A stretch of 64,000 nucleotides of DNA from Hyaloraphidium curvatum SAG 235-1 (Eukaryota; Fungi; Monoblepharomycota). The stretch covers positions 558,001 to 622,000 of the forward strand of contig JAIVFI010000003.1 of NCBI GenBank assembly GCA_025558095.1. The letters are read 5' to 3'. The notes beneath the pieces are model-generated. The model saw only the letters and a list, made by a program, of their open reading frames with translations, searched no databases and was not told the origin of the DNA. Below, in pieces: positions 50,682 through 62,790 of this stretch (position 1 is its first letter; each line of letters begins with the position of its first letter). The position numbers were made by a program, and so were the translations under genes.

Positions 50682-52679
50682 TTACAAGACCGGAGACGGC
50701 GCCCGCTCGGCGGCACCGCGCTCTACGTCTTGGTTCTGTCCGAGTTCGTCCAAAGCATCCGACAAGATGGCTGCCTCGTTCGCGTTCCCGCCCCCCGCGA
50801 GCCCATCATGTCGATCACCAGGGAAGTCATCGGCCTGATAAGGATCCTTCAGCTCGTCGACTGGATCGTCCTTTCCGTCTTTCATCGAAGGGTTTCCGGT
50901 CGCCGCGGCCTCTCCGATCAGGTTGTCCCCGGCGATCTTGCGTGTTTCGGGCACCACAGCGGGAGGCTCCCCCGGAGCGTGCGTCAACTTGGCCAGGATC
51001 TCTTCGCGCAAGTCCACGATGACTTGAGCGAGCTCCATGGCGTCGGTCTTGAGAAGGGCAACGTCAAGCTTCAGCCTTTTGTTCTCCGTCTCGAGTGCAT
51101 TAAGCCTCTGCAGAGGAGCGGCATGAAGCACCACGGCCAACAGCTGCAGACTTCGAAACATACGATCTTCATGGCTTCAATCTCCTGGAGGTCCGGAGCT
51201 GGCACCTGCACCACCGGATCGCGCGCGGAAGGTTCCATTGCGTCGAGATCGCCGGGCTCCAAATCTGTCGCTTGGCGGGCCTCAACTCGTGCTGTTGTCC
51301 AGAAAGCGGCCATCCTACCGTCGGATCCGAGGAGAAGAGGCCTACCCCTTCGTGTGCGGGGCTGAAAAGCGACGCTCGGTGACGTGGCCGACTTCTCGTT
51401 GGGTTTCTCGCTCGTGCCCAGACGCGAATGAGCAGACGGCCGAGAAGCACGAGACGCATCGTCACGTGCGCCGTCGTTGGCTGGCAGCCGCCCTGGATTT
51501 TGTTTCACGGGAGGTGGACCGTCCTCCAGGGTCTGCAGTTCCGCCCTCGTCGCACCCGCCCGATCTTGCTCTTGATCCAAATCGTTCGTGCGCTGGTCGA
51601 AGGCGGCGGCCACGGAATCTCTGTCTTTGTGCGCCGGGCTTGAGAACGAGTAATGGCTCCCATTCCGCTTGCTGATTTGCGACACCAGAGGGCTGTTGGA
51701 CAGGACCAATGGATTATGATCAATATGACTGCCCGGGTTTGCGCCTCACCTGACATCCCGCTCGCTTCGTTGATCCACCGGGGAAGATTGCGCTCCCTTC
51801 CAAGGGCGCCTCGGTGACGGGTCTGCGGTGATCTCGAAAGCTTCCGGACCCCGTTTCTTTGAAGGCAAATCATCACGGTCGAAACCAGATGTGCTGTACT
51901 CGAGCCTGTTCGATTGATCAGCAATGAAAGCTTTGCTTCCAGGCCCGCGGTCACCTTTCCGGCTCAGGGCGGTAACCGATCTCACTCCTTTCAAAGACCG
52001 GGTTCCCGGTTTCCTCGTCGAAGTCCCGAGGGTCGTAATGCGTGCTGCGTTCCGTCTGCGAGTAGTTGGCGCCTTCGGACCACGTGCGGTACTGCGCAAA
52101 GTGGCGGTCGTTTTGATACGGCTTGCGCATGGACGACGAGCGGGCTGGATCGATGTCGAACGCTTTGCGGATGCGCCCCGATCCCCGATCGTTCTCTGTG
52201 AAAAAGACCCACAGCTCACCGCGTTAGTGTCCGTGGTGGTTTATGGTCTTATCAACTCACCTCGTACGGGTTCCCGTGCGAGGTAAAGGAGGTCGAAGCT
52301 GCGATTTGGGGCGTCCGCCGCGGGCCAACCGTCTCGCGCGACCCCGCCGTGACGGCCGCGATCTTGATCATGCACGGCGTGATCGCCTCTTCCGGCCATT
52401 CCCCCGCGTGGAATGGAGGACGCGAGTCTGACAAGCGATCCGATCAAATCTCCAGGACTCGGTCTTCCGGTAGACCCACTGCTTGAGCCGCTGATTCTGG
52501 AAGAACTCGCGCTGCTTTAGTTGATCCTGCTTGATCTGCAGCTTGTTTCTGAGTGGCGAGCGTGACAGCGGCAGGGCCGTCGAAGGAAAGGAATGAAGTG
52601 CAAAGCACGCGTTCTTAGGGCTTCCGGGTCCTCGCGCGACGCTGGGGAAGCAGTACTTTCCGCTGCTCATCCAATTCAT
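50682..52679 (-). CDS. C12orf40/REDIC1-like N-terminal motif protein, multi-exon; 3' structure uncertain
   Basis: MNWMSSGK|..NKLQIKQDQLKQREFFQNQRLK resembles the MNW.GG.R....KQ....QKE.F...RL N-terminus. C-terminal coiled coil. Confidence 0.5.
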
Positions 52680-52841
52680 TCTTTCCTCAGTAGAGGGGAA
52701 CCTGTCACGCGTGATCGGCGACCGAGACTGGCCTGGGCGAGCGATGATTGGTGCCGTCACGCGTCGCGTCGCCGCCCTCGTCTCCCGCTGGTCCCGCTAG
52801 CCCACCTCTGCCAGGCAGTAGTTGCTCAAAGGAACGCAACG

Positions 52842-54145
52842 ATGGCGGAGGCCGTCATGGCATCTTCCACATCGGCCCGCTTGGAGCAGTACCTGCTCCT
52901 TATCAAGGTCTCGAACTGCCCGGGTCGCTGCCCGAACGCCGATCTGACCACTTCGCTCTCTGGCTACGGCCCGGGACGCGGACATCATGGAATCTACACA
53001 TTCTTTCGACTTGTTTCTGTCACATGGATCAGAGTGCCAAGGGAGCAGCCGCGGCGCAGCTCATCCAGGACGCGCTTGGGGCTCCCGGGGTCTTCGTCTT
53101 TGCCGAACTCCTGGACCATCCCAACGTCAAAGCTGTGCGTTCCAAAGCCATGTCCCCATGGAGAATATCTATGAACGCGTCGCTTGTCTTCTGCAGCTCG
53201 AGAATGATCCTCAGCATGGAGCCGCCGTGGAACTGCTGAAGCTCTTCGCGTACGGCACCTACGAAGACTACAAACGTCGGTTGCTTCCGGACGCGCTGCA
53301 GTGGGCGTTGCTTGACGGCGAGCAATTCACCAGAGAACGCGGCATCCCTGCCCGCACTGACGCCGGCCCAGGAAAAGAAGCTGAAACACCTTACCCTCGT
53401 GACGATGTCCGGGGAGCAGAGGGTACGCAGTCTTCGGGACACGGGGACATTTCCGTGATCTCACCGAGTGCTTCGCAGACGCTGGACTACGAGCGGCTGA
53501 TGCGGACGCTCGACATCCCCACCATCCGCGATCTCGAGGACCTCATCATCGACGCGATCTACCAGGACATCCTCCGGGCCAAGCTCGACCAGCAGAGGAA
53601 GCAAGTGGACGTCGAGTTTGCGATGGGAAGGGATCTGCAACCGGGAGGGAGCGCCCAGCTGCTGCGGGTATTGGGGGCATGGTGGGACTCGGTCGGCTGC
53701 CGGCGTCATACGGCATTTGACGAACGGAAACTCAGGTCGACGACTTCGGAGAAGCTGTTAGAGGCGCTGGAGAATGCGATCCAGCAGGTTTCGCAGACCA
53801 CGCAGGAACACAAGGCATCGAAGGAGGCATACGAGAAAGACCTGGAGAAGGCAAGCACTCTTGTCCGCAGACTTCGGCCCCTTCTCATCCCCACGCCAGG
53901 CAAAGGCGTCGCTGAAGAGCGGGAAGGGTCAGCAGGCCATGCAGCCTACCTCGATGGATTTGCTGGACATGGACGACGGCGCGTCCGGGGACTGGGAGGG
54001 CGTCGAACCGCTGTCGCAGGGTTCCAACCAGCGGAGTCGTCAGTCGAAGAGGTCTGTTGCGGACCATTGTTCACATCGCAGGCTCCTGACGCGCAGTCTG
54101 TACAGGGCGCCGCACAAGCATCGGGGCGCAGGGCGCCGCGGATGA
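52842..54145 (+). CDS. CSN7: COP9 signalosome subunit 7, multi-exon
   Basis: LEQYLLLIK|SAKGAAAAQLI..ALGAPGVFVFAELL, LLKLFAYGTYEDY, KLKHLTLV, RDLEDLIIDAIY, AKLDQ, GRD. Confidence 0.93.
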
Positions 54146-54273
54146 CGCTTCGGCCGGGCAGGGCAGGGGTCTGAGTCGTGATTGAACTTTGTCGTTGGCA
54201 TTCGCTCAAGCGGCGCCTCATTCGGTGTACACCAGCAAGACTATACCCATTGAATACCGTCAAAATCCGCCTA

Positions 54274-55497
54274 TCATCTGCGGCCGGTGTCCACCTTGGC
54301 CTTTCCGGCCTTCGTCGCCGCCACCGGAGCTTTCTTCGTCGCGCCCTTGGCCTGCCCGGCCCCAGTGGCCACCATTTTCTGGAGCTTCATGAACTCCTCC
54401 TTCATCTTTTTGATGTGGAGGTCCACCTGTGAATGGGGACGGTGAGGGACCCAACGGGGCGTCACCGCATCCGTGCCCACCTCGCGCTTCTGCACCCCGT
54501 CCTTGGGGACAAAGTTGTGCAGCGCCGCAGAAAGGATCTGGTCGGGATTGAAGGCAAACTCCGCTGCTGGCAGGTATGCCGGCTGCTTGCTGCTCGCCGG
54601 CGCTGCGTCCGCGCTCTTTCCCCCGACCAGTGGGTCCACGGCATCCTCCTCTCCATCCGTCGGCGTTGGGCCTGCGCCGCCACGACCGCCGGAGTTTGCC
54701 CGCAGCGGGCTGCCGTTGATCGAAAAGAGGCGCTCGTTCTTCCGCGGCTTGCGGATCGGGCGGTTCGCCACCGACGGCGTCTGCGGCAGCATCTGGTTGA
54801 AGACGATCGGATCTTGCTGCGACACCGAAAAGCGGGAGGATGCGCGGGTGGCGCGGCCGCCGTTGTCGTCCTCTTCGTTCTCGTCGACCGTGCGCGGCCG
54901 CTTGGCCGGCGAGACCTCGTCCGGAGCGGTCTGGTCCCGTTTCCTGGCAGAGAGGGACGGGTGTTGGCACCAGACCAGGGGTTGCCGCTGGAGATTGCTC
55001 ACCGCTTCCGAGAGGGGGATTCGAAACCGGCTTCCCCGGCAGCAGCGCCGGCGACTCCGTGCCGCGGGGGCATGAAGCTTAGGCGCACGCCGTCCTTTCC
55101 CCGCAGCACGCTCGCCAGGTCCGGGCCCTTGCCCTGTGCGACGTCCCGCATGCGCATGGCGCGCGCCTCGGCCGGGACGCGGTCCAGGATGGCCTCGCAG
55201 CGGATGACGAGCGCCCTGCAGAGCATGTCGACCATGTCCTCCATCTTGCGCGAGCGCGCCGCGGCTGCCGGGCCGTGAGCCGCGCCTCCAACTACCGCCG
55301 GCCGCCGCACCTTCGCGCTCGAGCGTCTCCAGCATCTCTTTCTTGCGCGCGGCCTTTGCGGCGCCGTCGAGCGCGGGCGGGGCGACCTCCGCGGCGGGCG
55401 CCCCGGCCGGCTCGGGCGGCGACGGCGCGGCCGACGCCGCCGCGTCCGCGCCGTCCGCGGCATCGCCGGCCTTCTTGGCGGGCTTCCGGCGGCCCAT
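54274..55497 (-). CDS. Borealin/Nbl1-like chromosomal passenger complex subunit, multi-exon
   Basis: N-terminal helix (LETLERE...ILDRVPAEARAMRMRD) and LPQTP..RKPRKNERLFSINGSPL. Confidence 0.7.
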   Translation of the reverse strand: MGRRKPAKKAGDAADGADAAASAAPSPPEPAGAPAAEVAPPALDGAAKAARKKEMLETLEREGAAAGGSWRRGSRPGSRGALAQDGGHGRHALQGARHPLRGHPGPRPGRGARHAHAGRRTGQGPGPGERAAGKGRRAPKLHAPAARSRRRCCRGSRFRIPLSEAVSNLQRQPLVWCQHPSLSARKRDQTAPDEVSPAKRPRTVDENEEDDNGGRATRASSRFSVSQQDPIVFNQMLPQTPSVANRPIRKPRKNERLFSINGSPLRANSGGRGGAGPTPTDGEEDAVDPLVGGKSADAAPASSKQPAYLPAAEFAFNPDQILSAALHNFVPKDGVQKREVGTDAVTPRWVPHRPHSQVDLHIKKMKEEFMKLQKMVATGAGQAKGATKKAPVAATKAGKAKVDTGRR

Positions 55498-55739
55498 GCT
55501 TCCGAGGGGAGGGGAGCTAATTCGGAGGGATTGAAGGTCAACATCCGCGAGGCGGCGCGGAGTCCAACTGCACACGCATGTGCGGCCACGCGGCCGAAGC
55601 AGCCGGCGGGTAGCAGCTCCTGCTGTCTAATAGGAGAAGACGCGCGTCCCCCCGCCGCCGCTTGTCGGGCCACGCGTCTTGGCCACGCTGGACGGACCCG
55701 GACCGCCGACTGCCACGTGAAACCCTCCCCCTCCTCACG

Positions 55740-57342
55740 ATGTTCTCCATATTCTCTCGGAAGGTGCTTTTCGCGTCGATGTGGGGTTTCCCGGTCGTCC
55801 TCAGTCGCCGTCGCGCCGTTCCCAGAAGGACCCCACGGACGAGGAGTACGAGCGGACCCTCGCCGATCTGGACGGCAAGATACGGCGGGCCGAGCGCTCG
55901 CTCTCGGAGCTGAAGCAGCGGGAGAGCAGGTCCATCGCGGACCTTGCCTTCTACTGCGCGGCGCTCTACGTGCTGTACCTCGGCTTCTACATCCTCGCCG
56001 TCTACCTCCCCGGCGACCGGAGCGGCTACTCGGAGCTCACATGGGTCGGGCTCACTTTCCTTGCCATAGTGCTGCCGGTGATGTGGGTCCTGCGGCTGGA
56101 GGCTGCTTTCAGCGCATTTCTGACGCGTCACGGGCCAGAATGTGGTACTTTGTCCGGTTCGTGCGATGGCTTCACAGGCGGCGGCAGGCCTCCACAAGTG
56201 GGTGGCAGCCGTTGGACTTTCGGCGCAACGGAAACTGAGGCCATGTCGTGTCGACCACCGCAGTGAAAGATTTGGAGGCCCTGCGCAAGTCCCAGAAGGA
56301 CACGGTCGAGGAGCTGAAGAAGCGGACAAAGTTCGACAAGACCAAGAATCTGATCGAGAAGTACGGCGGCGATTCGGGCTCCGGAACCCCGCGGAGACCA
56401 TTATCGGGGCCCAACGGTGCCCAAGAGGTGGGTCTTTTGCAACGACTGTCTGACAGGCGGCGACTCAGCACGCCCTACTGGCCAGGTTGGCCCAGCCGCC
56501 GGCGTGCCACAAGCACGCGATTCCCCTGTCCGCCGAGGGCCGCCGCCTTTCGCGACGCCCGCTAAACCCGGTGCTTCTCCGGATCACGCCTCTCCCGCCA
56601 AGGGAATGGAGGCTCTTTCCCCTCCGCACATGCCCGGCGGGTTGGTTTCACCTCCCAACAACCGAGTCGGCGGGCCCGCTTTGGGTAAGGCACGCGAACG
56701 AAGCCGCAGCTGAGTCGCTCACAGATTGGGGCAGATCCGAGCCTGCGACCCGCCGGTGTTCCGCCTGGAGCGCCGTCGAACCCCGCTGCTTTGGTCTACG
56801 ACACGCCAAAGGCTTGGTACGACAAGCTCTTCGACGCCCTGATCGGACCCGCAGAGGGTCCCAACTCCAAGTACGCGCTGATCTGCTCCAAGTGCTTTGC
56901 ACATAACGGGCTGGCTGTGGCGGAGGAGTTTGAGGATATTCGTGGGTGGCTTCCGGGTTGGCGTCACGATTCGGCAGCGCTCACCTGCTCCGCAGAGTAC
57001 TACTGCCTGCGCTGCGGCCACTTCAACAGCCGAAAGAAACAGCACCAGCAGTCCGCCGCCTCGCCGACGGAGGAGCGCCGAGGGCGGTCGCAGAGCGCGA
57101 CGCCCTCGCTGCGCGGATTCGAGGAGCTCGGACTCGGACAGCAGGGCGGATCGCCCGTTCGCGGCGATGCCCGCCATTCGGAGATCGCCCAGGAGGCGGA
57201 TCGCCTGCCATCGCGGCGGCAGGACAGGACTCTGAGCGCGGACCGGGGGATGGGGCTGCGGGACGACGGGAGCGATGAGAATGTTGACCCGATGGACGTC
57301 GATCCGGGGTCTCCTACGAAGGCGGGGCACGGGTCGGGATGA
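55740..57342 (+). CDS. LNP1: Lunapark ER junction protein, multi-exon
   Basis: EYERTLADL, two TM segments, LKKRTKFDKTKNLIEKY, WYDKLFDALIG, YALICSKCFAHNGL..YYCLRCGHFN. Confidence 0.93.
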
Positions 57343-57449
57343 GTGCGAAGCTTGCACGGTGATCTTGCTTCATGGAAGGAGGAACGGCAGTGTAACGAGA
57401 GGCTGTGGATCAGATGGCGGCAGATCTTGAGACATCACCGCGACAAACA

Positions 57450-59319
57450 ATGAGTGTGTCCGCCTCGTCGCGGCTCGATGCCGCCGCCAAGGAGGCTGCT
57501 GCCGGGGTGGAGCAAAGGTTTTTTTTTGTTCATCGCCGGTCAGCAATGCAATCCAACCTTGCCGGACCAACAGGAGGCGACTGGGATCCGATGAGGAGCT
57601 ATGGAACCTCGTCCTCCTGGTCGTTGATGCCTGCGAGCGTGCTGTGCCTCCTCATTCCATGGGCTCCTCGGGGCAAGGAGATTGGGATGAATTGTCTTCC
57701 GATCTGTCGGCGGCCCTCCGTTTTGTGAGGAACGCCTGTGCCGGGATCCCAGCGAACCAAATGAAGGCGGAGTACGGACTTCTCTGTCTCCCTCCATGGC
57801 CCCGACACTCATGATCCATCAACTTCTTCCAGGGGAACACGTGTTCACGTACGCACGCGCGCCTTTGTGGACGCGTGGACGGCAGAGGCGCGGCGCGCGG
57901 ACTTGGCCCTTGTCTGGATCCAGATGGTGGCCAACATGATGACGGGCAATGCGGAGAGCCAGGAGATCATTTGGCCGTGGGTTGTGAACGAGGCGGCGGA
58001 CGTCCTGCTGTAGGTACACCGCTGGCTGCAAGCGATTCTTGGAAGCCAACGAGCTCTTCAGCAAGAGTCTGGACATGGGAGACCCGAAGCTCACGAGCTC
58101 TGTGCTAATTCTCATTCACAATGCCACGTCTGGCAGTGAGACGAATACGTGGGAAATCTTTGCCGTTGGAGCCGCGAGCTTGCTCACTCTGACGGCCGTG
58201 GACAGGGACCGTCTTGCGAGCAGCAAAGCCGGCCCTGAACTCTTTGTCCGCCTCTCAACGCTAGCAGCAGCCCACGCGGACGACGATAGTTCCAACATCT
58301 TCGATTTGTGGTGCGTCTTCAATGCCCTTTCTTGGAACGTGCGGGCTAATACCAGGCCAGTTATCTGATTCTTCAGACGCTCGTGGAATTTGGACACGCG
58401 GGAAGCATCCTGAAGGCTCATTCAACAGATGTCGACGAGTCCGCCCTTCTCCGCATTACGCCAGCCCAGTTTTCTTGCATCAAGATCTTGGAGGGCATGG
58501 CCTCCTCGCGAAGTGCGGTGACAACGAAGCTCTTTGGCCCCGATGTTCTCGCTATCGTAGCTCAATGGTTCCGACGCGCGTACGATCGGACTACGGATAT
58601 CTTGGTGGGCCTCACCGCGACCGAGGATGGAGATGCCGAACAGCGTGGACACACAGATCTGGAAGCTCTTGCGGTTCTTCTGCGTTTGTTTGGCAAAATG
58701 CTCCAAGCGATGGCCGTCGACGTCAAAGAGCGCTGGTCGGCGGACACGGACCTGGTTGGGACTCTGATTGGTGCGTCTCAATCACGAGACCGGCGAGGTG
58801 TTCCCTCATGCGTGCTCCATAGCATTACTGAAGGATCTGGATGCCGCGAGGCCGCGCCGTAAACCGGATCCGAAGAAGCCCCCTACCGCGACCACGGCCT
58901 CGTCACCTGCCTTTCTGCTGAAATCCGACGTGATCAATGTCCTCGGCAACTTCTCTTTCGGATCGCGCGTCATCCAAGACGACATACGCGAACGGGGCGG
59001 CCTCGCCATGATCCTCGATCACTGCAACTTGGACGACGAGAATCCATGTGAGCTCGGACGGGCCCATTGGCCAAACGCATCTAGAGCCGCCCCGCAGTCA
59101 TCCGCGAACAGGCCATTCTCGCAATCCGGAACCTTCTGGAACGGAACCCAGCCAATCAAGATGTAGTCCGATCCATGGAGGCGAAGCAGGTCCTAAACGA
59201 GGAAACTTTGGACGAGCTCGGCATCGAGGCGCGCATTGACGGTTCCGGACGGCTCAAGCTCGGGAAAGGCTCCGCCAGCGGATCGCACAACGCGTCTTGA
59301 AGAGGGAACGATGGTTTGA
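57450..59319 (+). CDS. Ataxin-10/Ctr86 family ARM protein, multi-exon
   Basis: KSDVINVLGNF, QDDIRERGGLAMILDHCNLDDENP|..IREQAILAIRNLLERNPANQ. Confidence 0.88.
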
Positions 59320-59331
59320 TGCAAGCGTACA

Positions 59332-61333
59332 TTAAGCCTCGGGAACGATTGCAGACTTGGCGCGGATTCGTTCCTTCTTGGCATTCAGCTCCCGCTTTGC
59401 GCCAAAGTTCAGGTCGGCCAAGTGCAGGTTCGCTACCCGCTTGGCAACGCTGACGGCCTCCAACAGATCGAGAACCTTGTTCTCCGGCACCATCAAGGCC
59501 TCGAGCTTCTTCCCGATCTTCTTTTCGACATTCAGGAGCAGGCCAACGTCGTGCTCGGTCACCATGGCGATCGCTCGGCCGCCCCGGCCAGCTCGGGCCG
59601 TACGACCAACGCGGTGGACATAGTCCGTCGCGTCGGCGGAAATGTCGTAGTTGATCACGACCTCCACTTCGGGAATGTCGAGCCCCCTGCTTCCGACGTC
59701 CGTGGTCAATAGAACGCTGATGATGCCACTTTTGAACTTCATCAGCGCCGCAATCCGCTCAGCCTGGCTCATTTGCGCGTGCAAGGCCGTCGACGCAATG
59801 TCCAGCTCGCGTAGCATTACGCGCAGTCTTTCGCACGTCAGGCTTTTCCCCACAAAAATGATGACGGACTTTCCAGCGCATTCCTCCTTCAGCAAGTACG
59901 TCAAATAAGTCTCCCGTATGGAGTTGGGCACGATAAGGAAGCGCTGGTCAAGTTTCTCCACGGTGTCGAATCGGTCGGCACAGTGATGGACAAAGACCTT
60001 CCTGCCACCGGCCTTGGATTGCTCCTGCACCTCCCCAATCTCCTTGGTCATGGTCGCGCTGAACAAGAGAGTCTGCCTCCGCGCCGGCAGCCGGGAAAGA
60101 ATGACCTCCAAGTCGTCCGCGAACGTCGTTTCAAGCAAACGGTCCGCTTCGTCGAGAACCTAGGAAGAAGCAGTTCGCAGCGATTCGAAAGCTATCGCGC
60201 GTTGAACGCACCAGAAACTTGAGCCGGTCCAAGTAGATCGGACTTCCCGATCGCGTCAGGTGATCCACCATGCGACCCGGAGTCGCAACCACCACGTGTG
60301 GCCTCTTTGCCAGCTCCAAAGACTGCTTAATCATGTCCATGCCTCCGACAATGACGGCCTGCCGCAGGTTCATGCCGGCGCCTAGGGCGCGGAACTGCTC
60401 CGCGATCTGGAAAGCCAGCTCCCTAAAAGACAATCAGGATTGGCCAAGTCGCGTGGGCATCGGCGCACCTTGTTGGCGTCAGCACGAGAGCAAAAATGCC
60501 GTAAGGATCCTCCGACAACTTCTGCAGTATCGGCAGCGCAAAAGCCGCCGTCTTGCCACTCCCAGTCTTGGCGCTCCCTACGACGTCCGACCCTGCGGTT
60601 GACAACGTTTCAGTGACCAGTACCAACGATGGCCACAAGCCAGCAACATCATTCGGGGCTCAGACAGCTCCAATAAGTGTTCCACATCGACTTTCAGGCG
60701 ATTTGTTGCGTAATTCGATGTTTCTTCATCCCAGCCCCTCCGCAAAGCGACTCTCCTCCGCAGCTCACCTTGCAGGATCCGGGGGATACACGCTGCCTGA
60801 ATCTCAGATGGAGCTTTGATACTCATATGCGACATCTGGTCTGTGAGCCATTTCGAGAGGCCCAAATCGGCAAAAGTGGTGCCCGCGGCAACAGAGCTCG
60901 TCCCTTCCTCGCGGTCGCCGTTTCTTTCGACACTTTCCACCGCTGCCAAAGTCACCGAGGGCTTCTTTTCCGATTTGTTTCCGCTCCGAGTCCCCGCAGG
61001 AGGTCGTGCGATGTTTGCTTTGGTCTCCGGAGGGTCATCGGCCGGCGACGAGTCTGCCCGGGCCTCCTTTCGACCCTTGGGCGTGAAGGACGCTGCTTTC
61101 AAAGTCCGTATCTTCTCCATCCCCTTTGATTCCAGCAGGTCGTCCACGGTGAGCTGGTGCTCCTGCTCGCTGTCGGAACCGCTGGCCTCGAAGCCATCCT
61201 CGAGACCGGAGCCGGGGCCCGCGTCCGACTCCTCCCCGCTTTCCTCATCGTCCTCAAAATCATGTCGGCTCACAGTTTTGCTGTACTGGGCGGAGGACAG
61301 GCCCGTCCGCCGCTTCTTGGCCGCCGGAAGCAT
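59332..61333 (-). CDS. DBP8: DEAD-box RNA helicase Dbp8/DDX49, multi-exon
   Basis: [52 protein letters not shown]. Confidence 0.95.
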
Positions 61334-61518
61334 GTTGTTGTCGATTGTTGGGAGTGAGCCCGATCCGAGTCATCACTCTTTCAGTCTTTCCGGCCACGTT
61401 TCATCGAAATGGAGGCAGAGGCGAGGTATGTATCTACAGTATAGCTCACTACAAGAGCTCTAGGTATCAAAGGTCATGCCAGAGTGCAGACAAAGATCGA
61501 AAATTGGGACCCTCAGCG

Positions 61519-62734
61519 CTACCAATCGCGAGCCGCGTTTTCAGTGGCGAGCCACTTCGTGAGGTATTCGCAGGTCATCGGGGTGATGGGTCCGTCATCG
61601 TCGCATTGGTCGTATACGGGGCAGGTCCCGCACGGGAAGTCCGTCCACGCCGTCGTCTTCCCGAACCGATCGCGGATCGTCTTGTAGACGAACAGATCGT
61701 CTCCCTCGTCGTCCGAGCCAAAGCCGCTTGTCCGCAGCTTCTTCTCGATCTTGCCGTCGAAAACGAGGCGATCGAGGATCACCTGCACGTCCTCTTCCCG
61801 CAGGGCGGTGTTGACGACCTTGTACTCCTCGATCGCGGCGACGATCTTGAGCAGGGAGGGGTACTTGGCGTAGCTGGGCGGGAATATCAGCTGCGGATCG
61901 CCCTTGGGAAAGCTCTTCAGGTGAATTGGGATGTCAAGCAGAGAGATCAGCGATGGAAGTGCACCATGTCGCGTGGAACCAACATATTTGAAGATGAACT
62001 TCTCGACCCATTCGGACACTTTGGTGATAAACTCCAGGTCGAACTCGTGGTCCGTGTACCACGTTCCGCCGGATACTTCCTCCGAAGGATCCAGCTCGAA
62101 AAGCATGTACACCTTCTTGATGGGATTCTGGGCACGAGAGCGGTCAGAGCTTGCGACCAACGGAACAATCCACTCAAGGCCACCTTGACGGATTTCACGC
62201 TCTTGATGAACTGCTTCTTTTCCAGGCTCTTTATGGCATCCTGTACGATCTTGGAGTGGATATTGGACTTCTGCTTCAGGTCCTTGACCCAGATGCCCTT
62301 GTTTCCGGCGTTCTTGATGTGCCCGTAGATCATCTTCTCGTGCACGTCCATGGTGACCAGTCTACGACGTCGAAATGAGCTCCAGAAGCCGATGCAGCCG
62401 AACGGTTGCCCCACTTGGCCACCTCTTCCTGGCTCTTGGCCTTGAAGGTGACGTTACCGCCACTCCCGGCCCCCCCGACGGCATCTATCCGCGATTTGTG
62501 GAGCAGGCTATTCAGAATGGCCCCCAACTGCTTGATGTTCCTGTCCGGTAGCCGCTCAAGGATGGCATCGGAACCGATGGCCTGCGGTGGAGCAATTGGT
62601 CCTCCGCGTCGCTCCAAGCGCCCGAGGGACCCCACGTGGCCGTACTGAAGCAAGATACTGTAGACCCGTTCCTCATCGTGGGTCAGAGAGAGCTCTGCCG
62701 GCTCTGGCTTCGCCGGCTTCGCCGAGTCCGTCAT
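61519..62734 (-). CDS. RPC34: RNA polymerase III subunit C34/RPC6, multi-exon
   Basis: AGNKGIWVKDL, IKSVKSV, YMLFELDPSEEVSGGTWY, C-terminal CGTCPVYDQC..ITPMTCEY. Confidence 0.95.
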
Positions 62735-62790
62735 TGTTGAATTGGTCTCTCAAAACGGCGTCGCGAGGCGCCAACCCTCACAACGCGACC

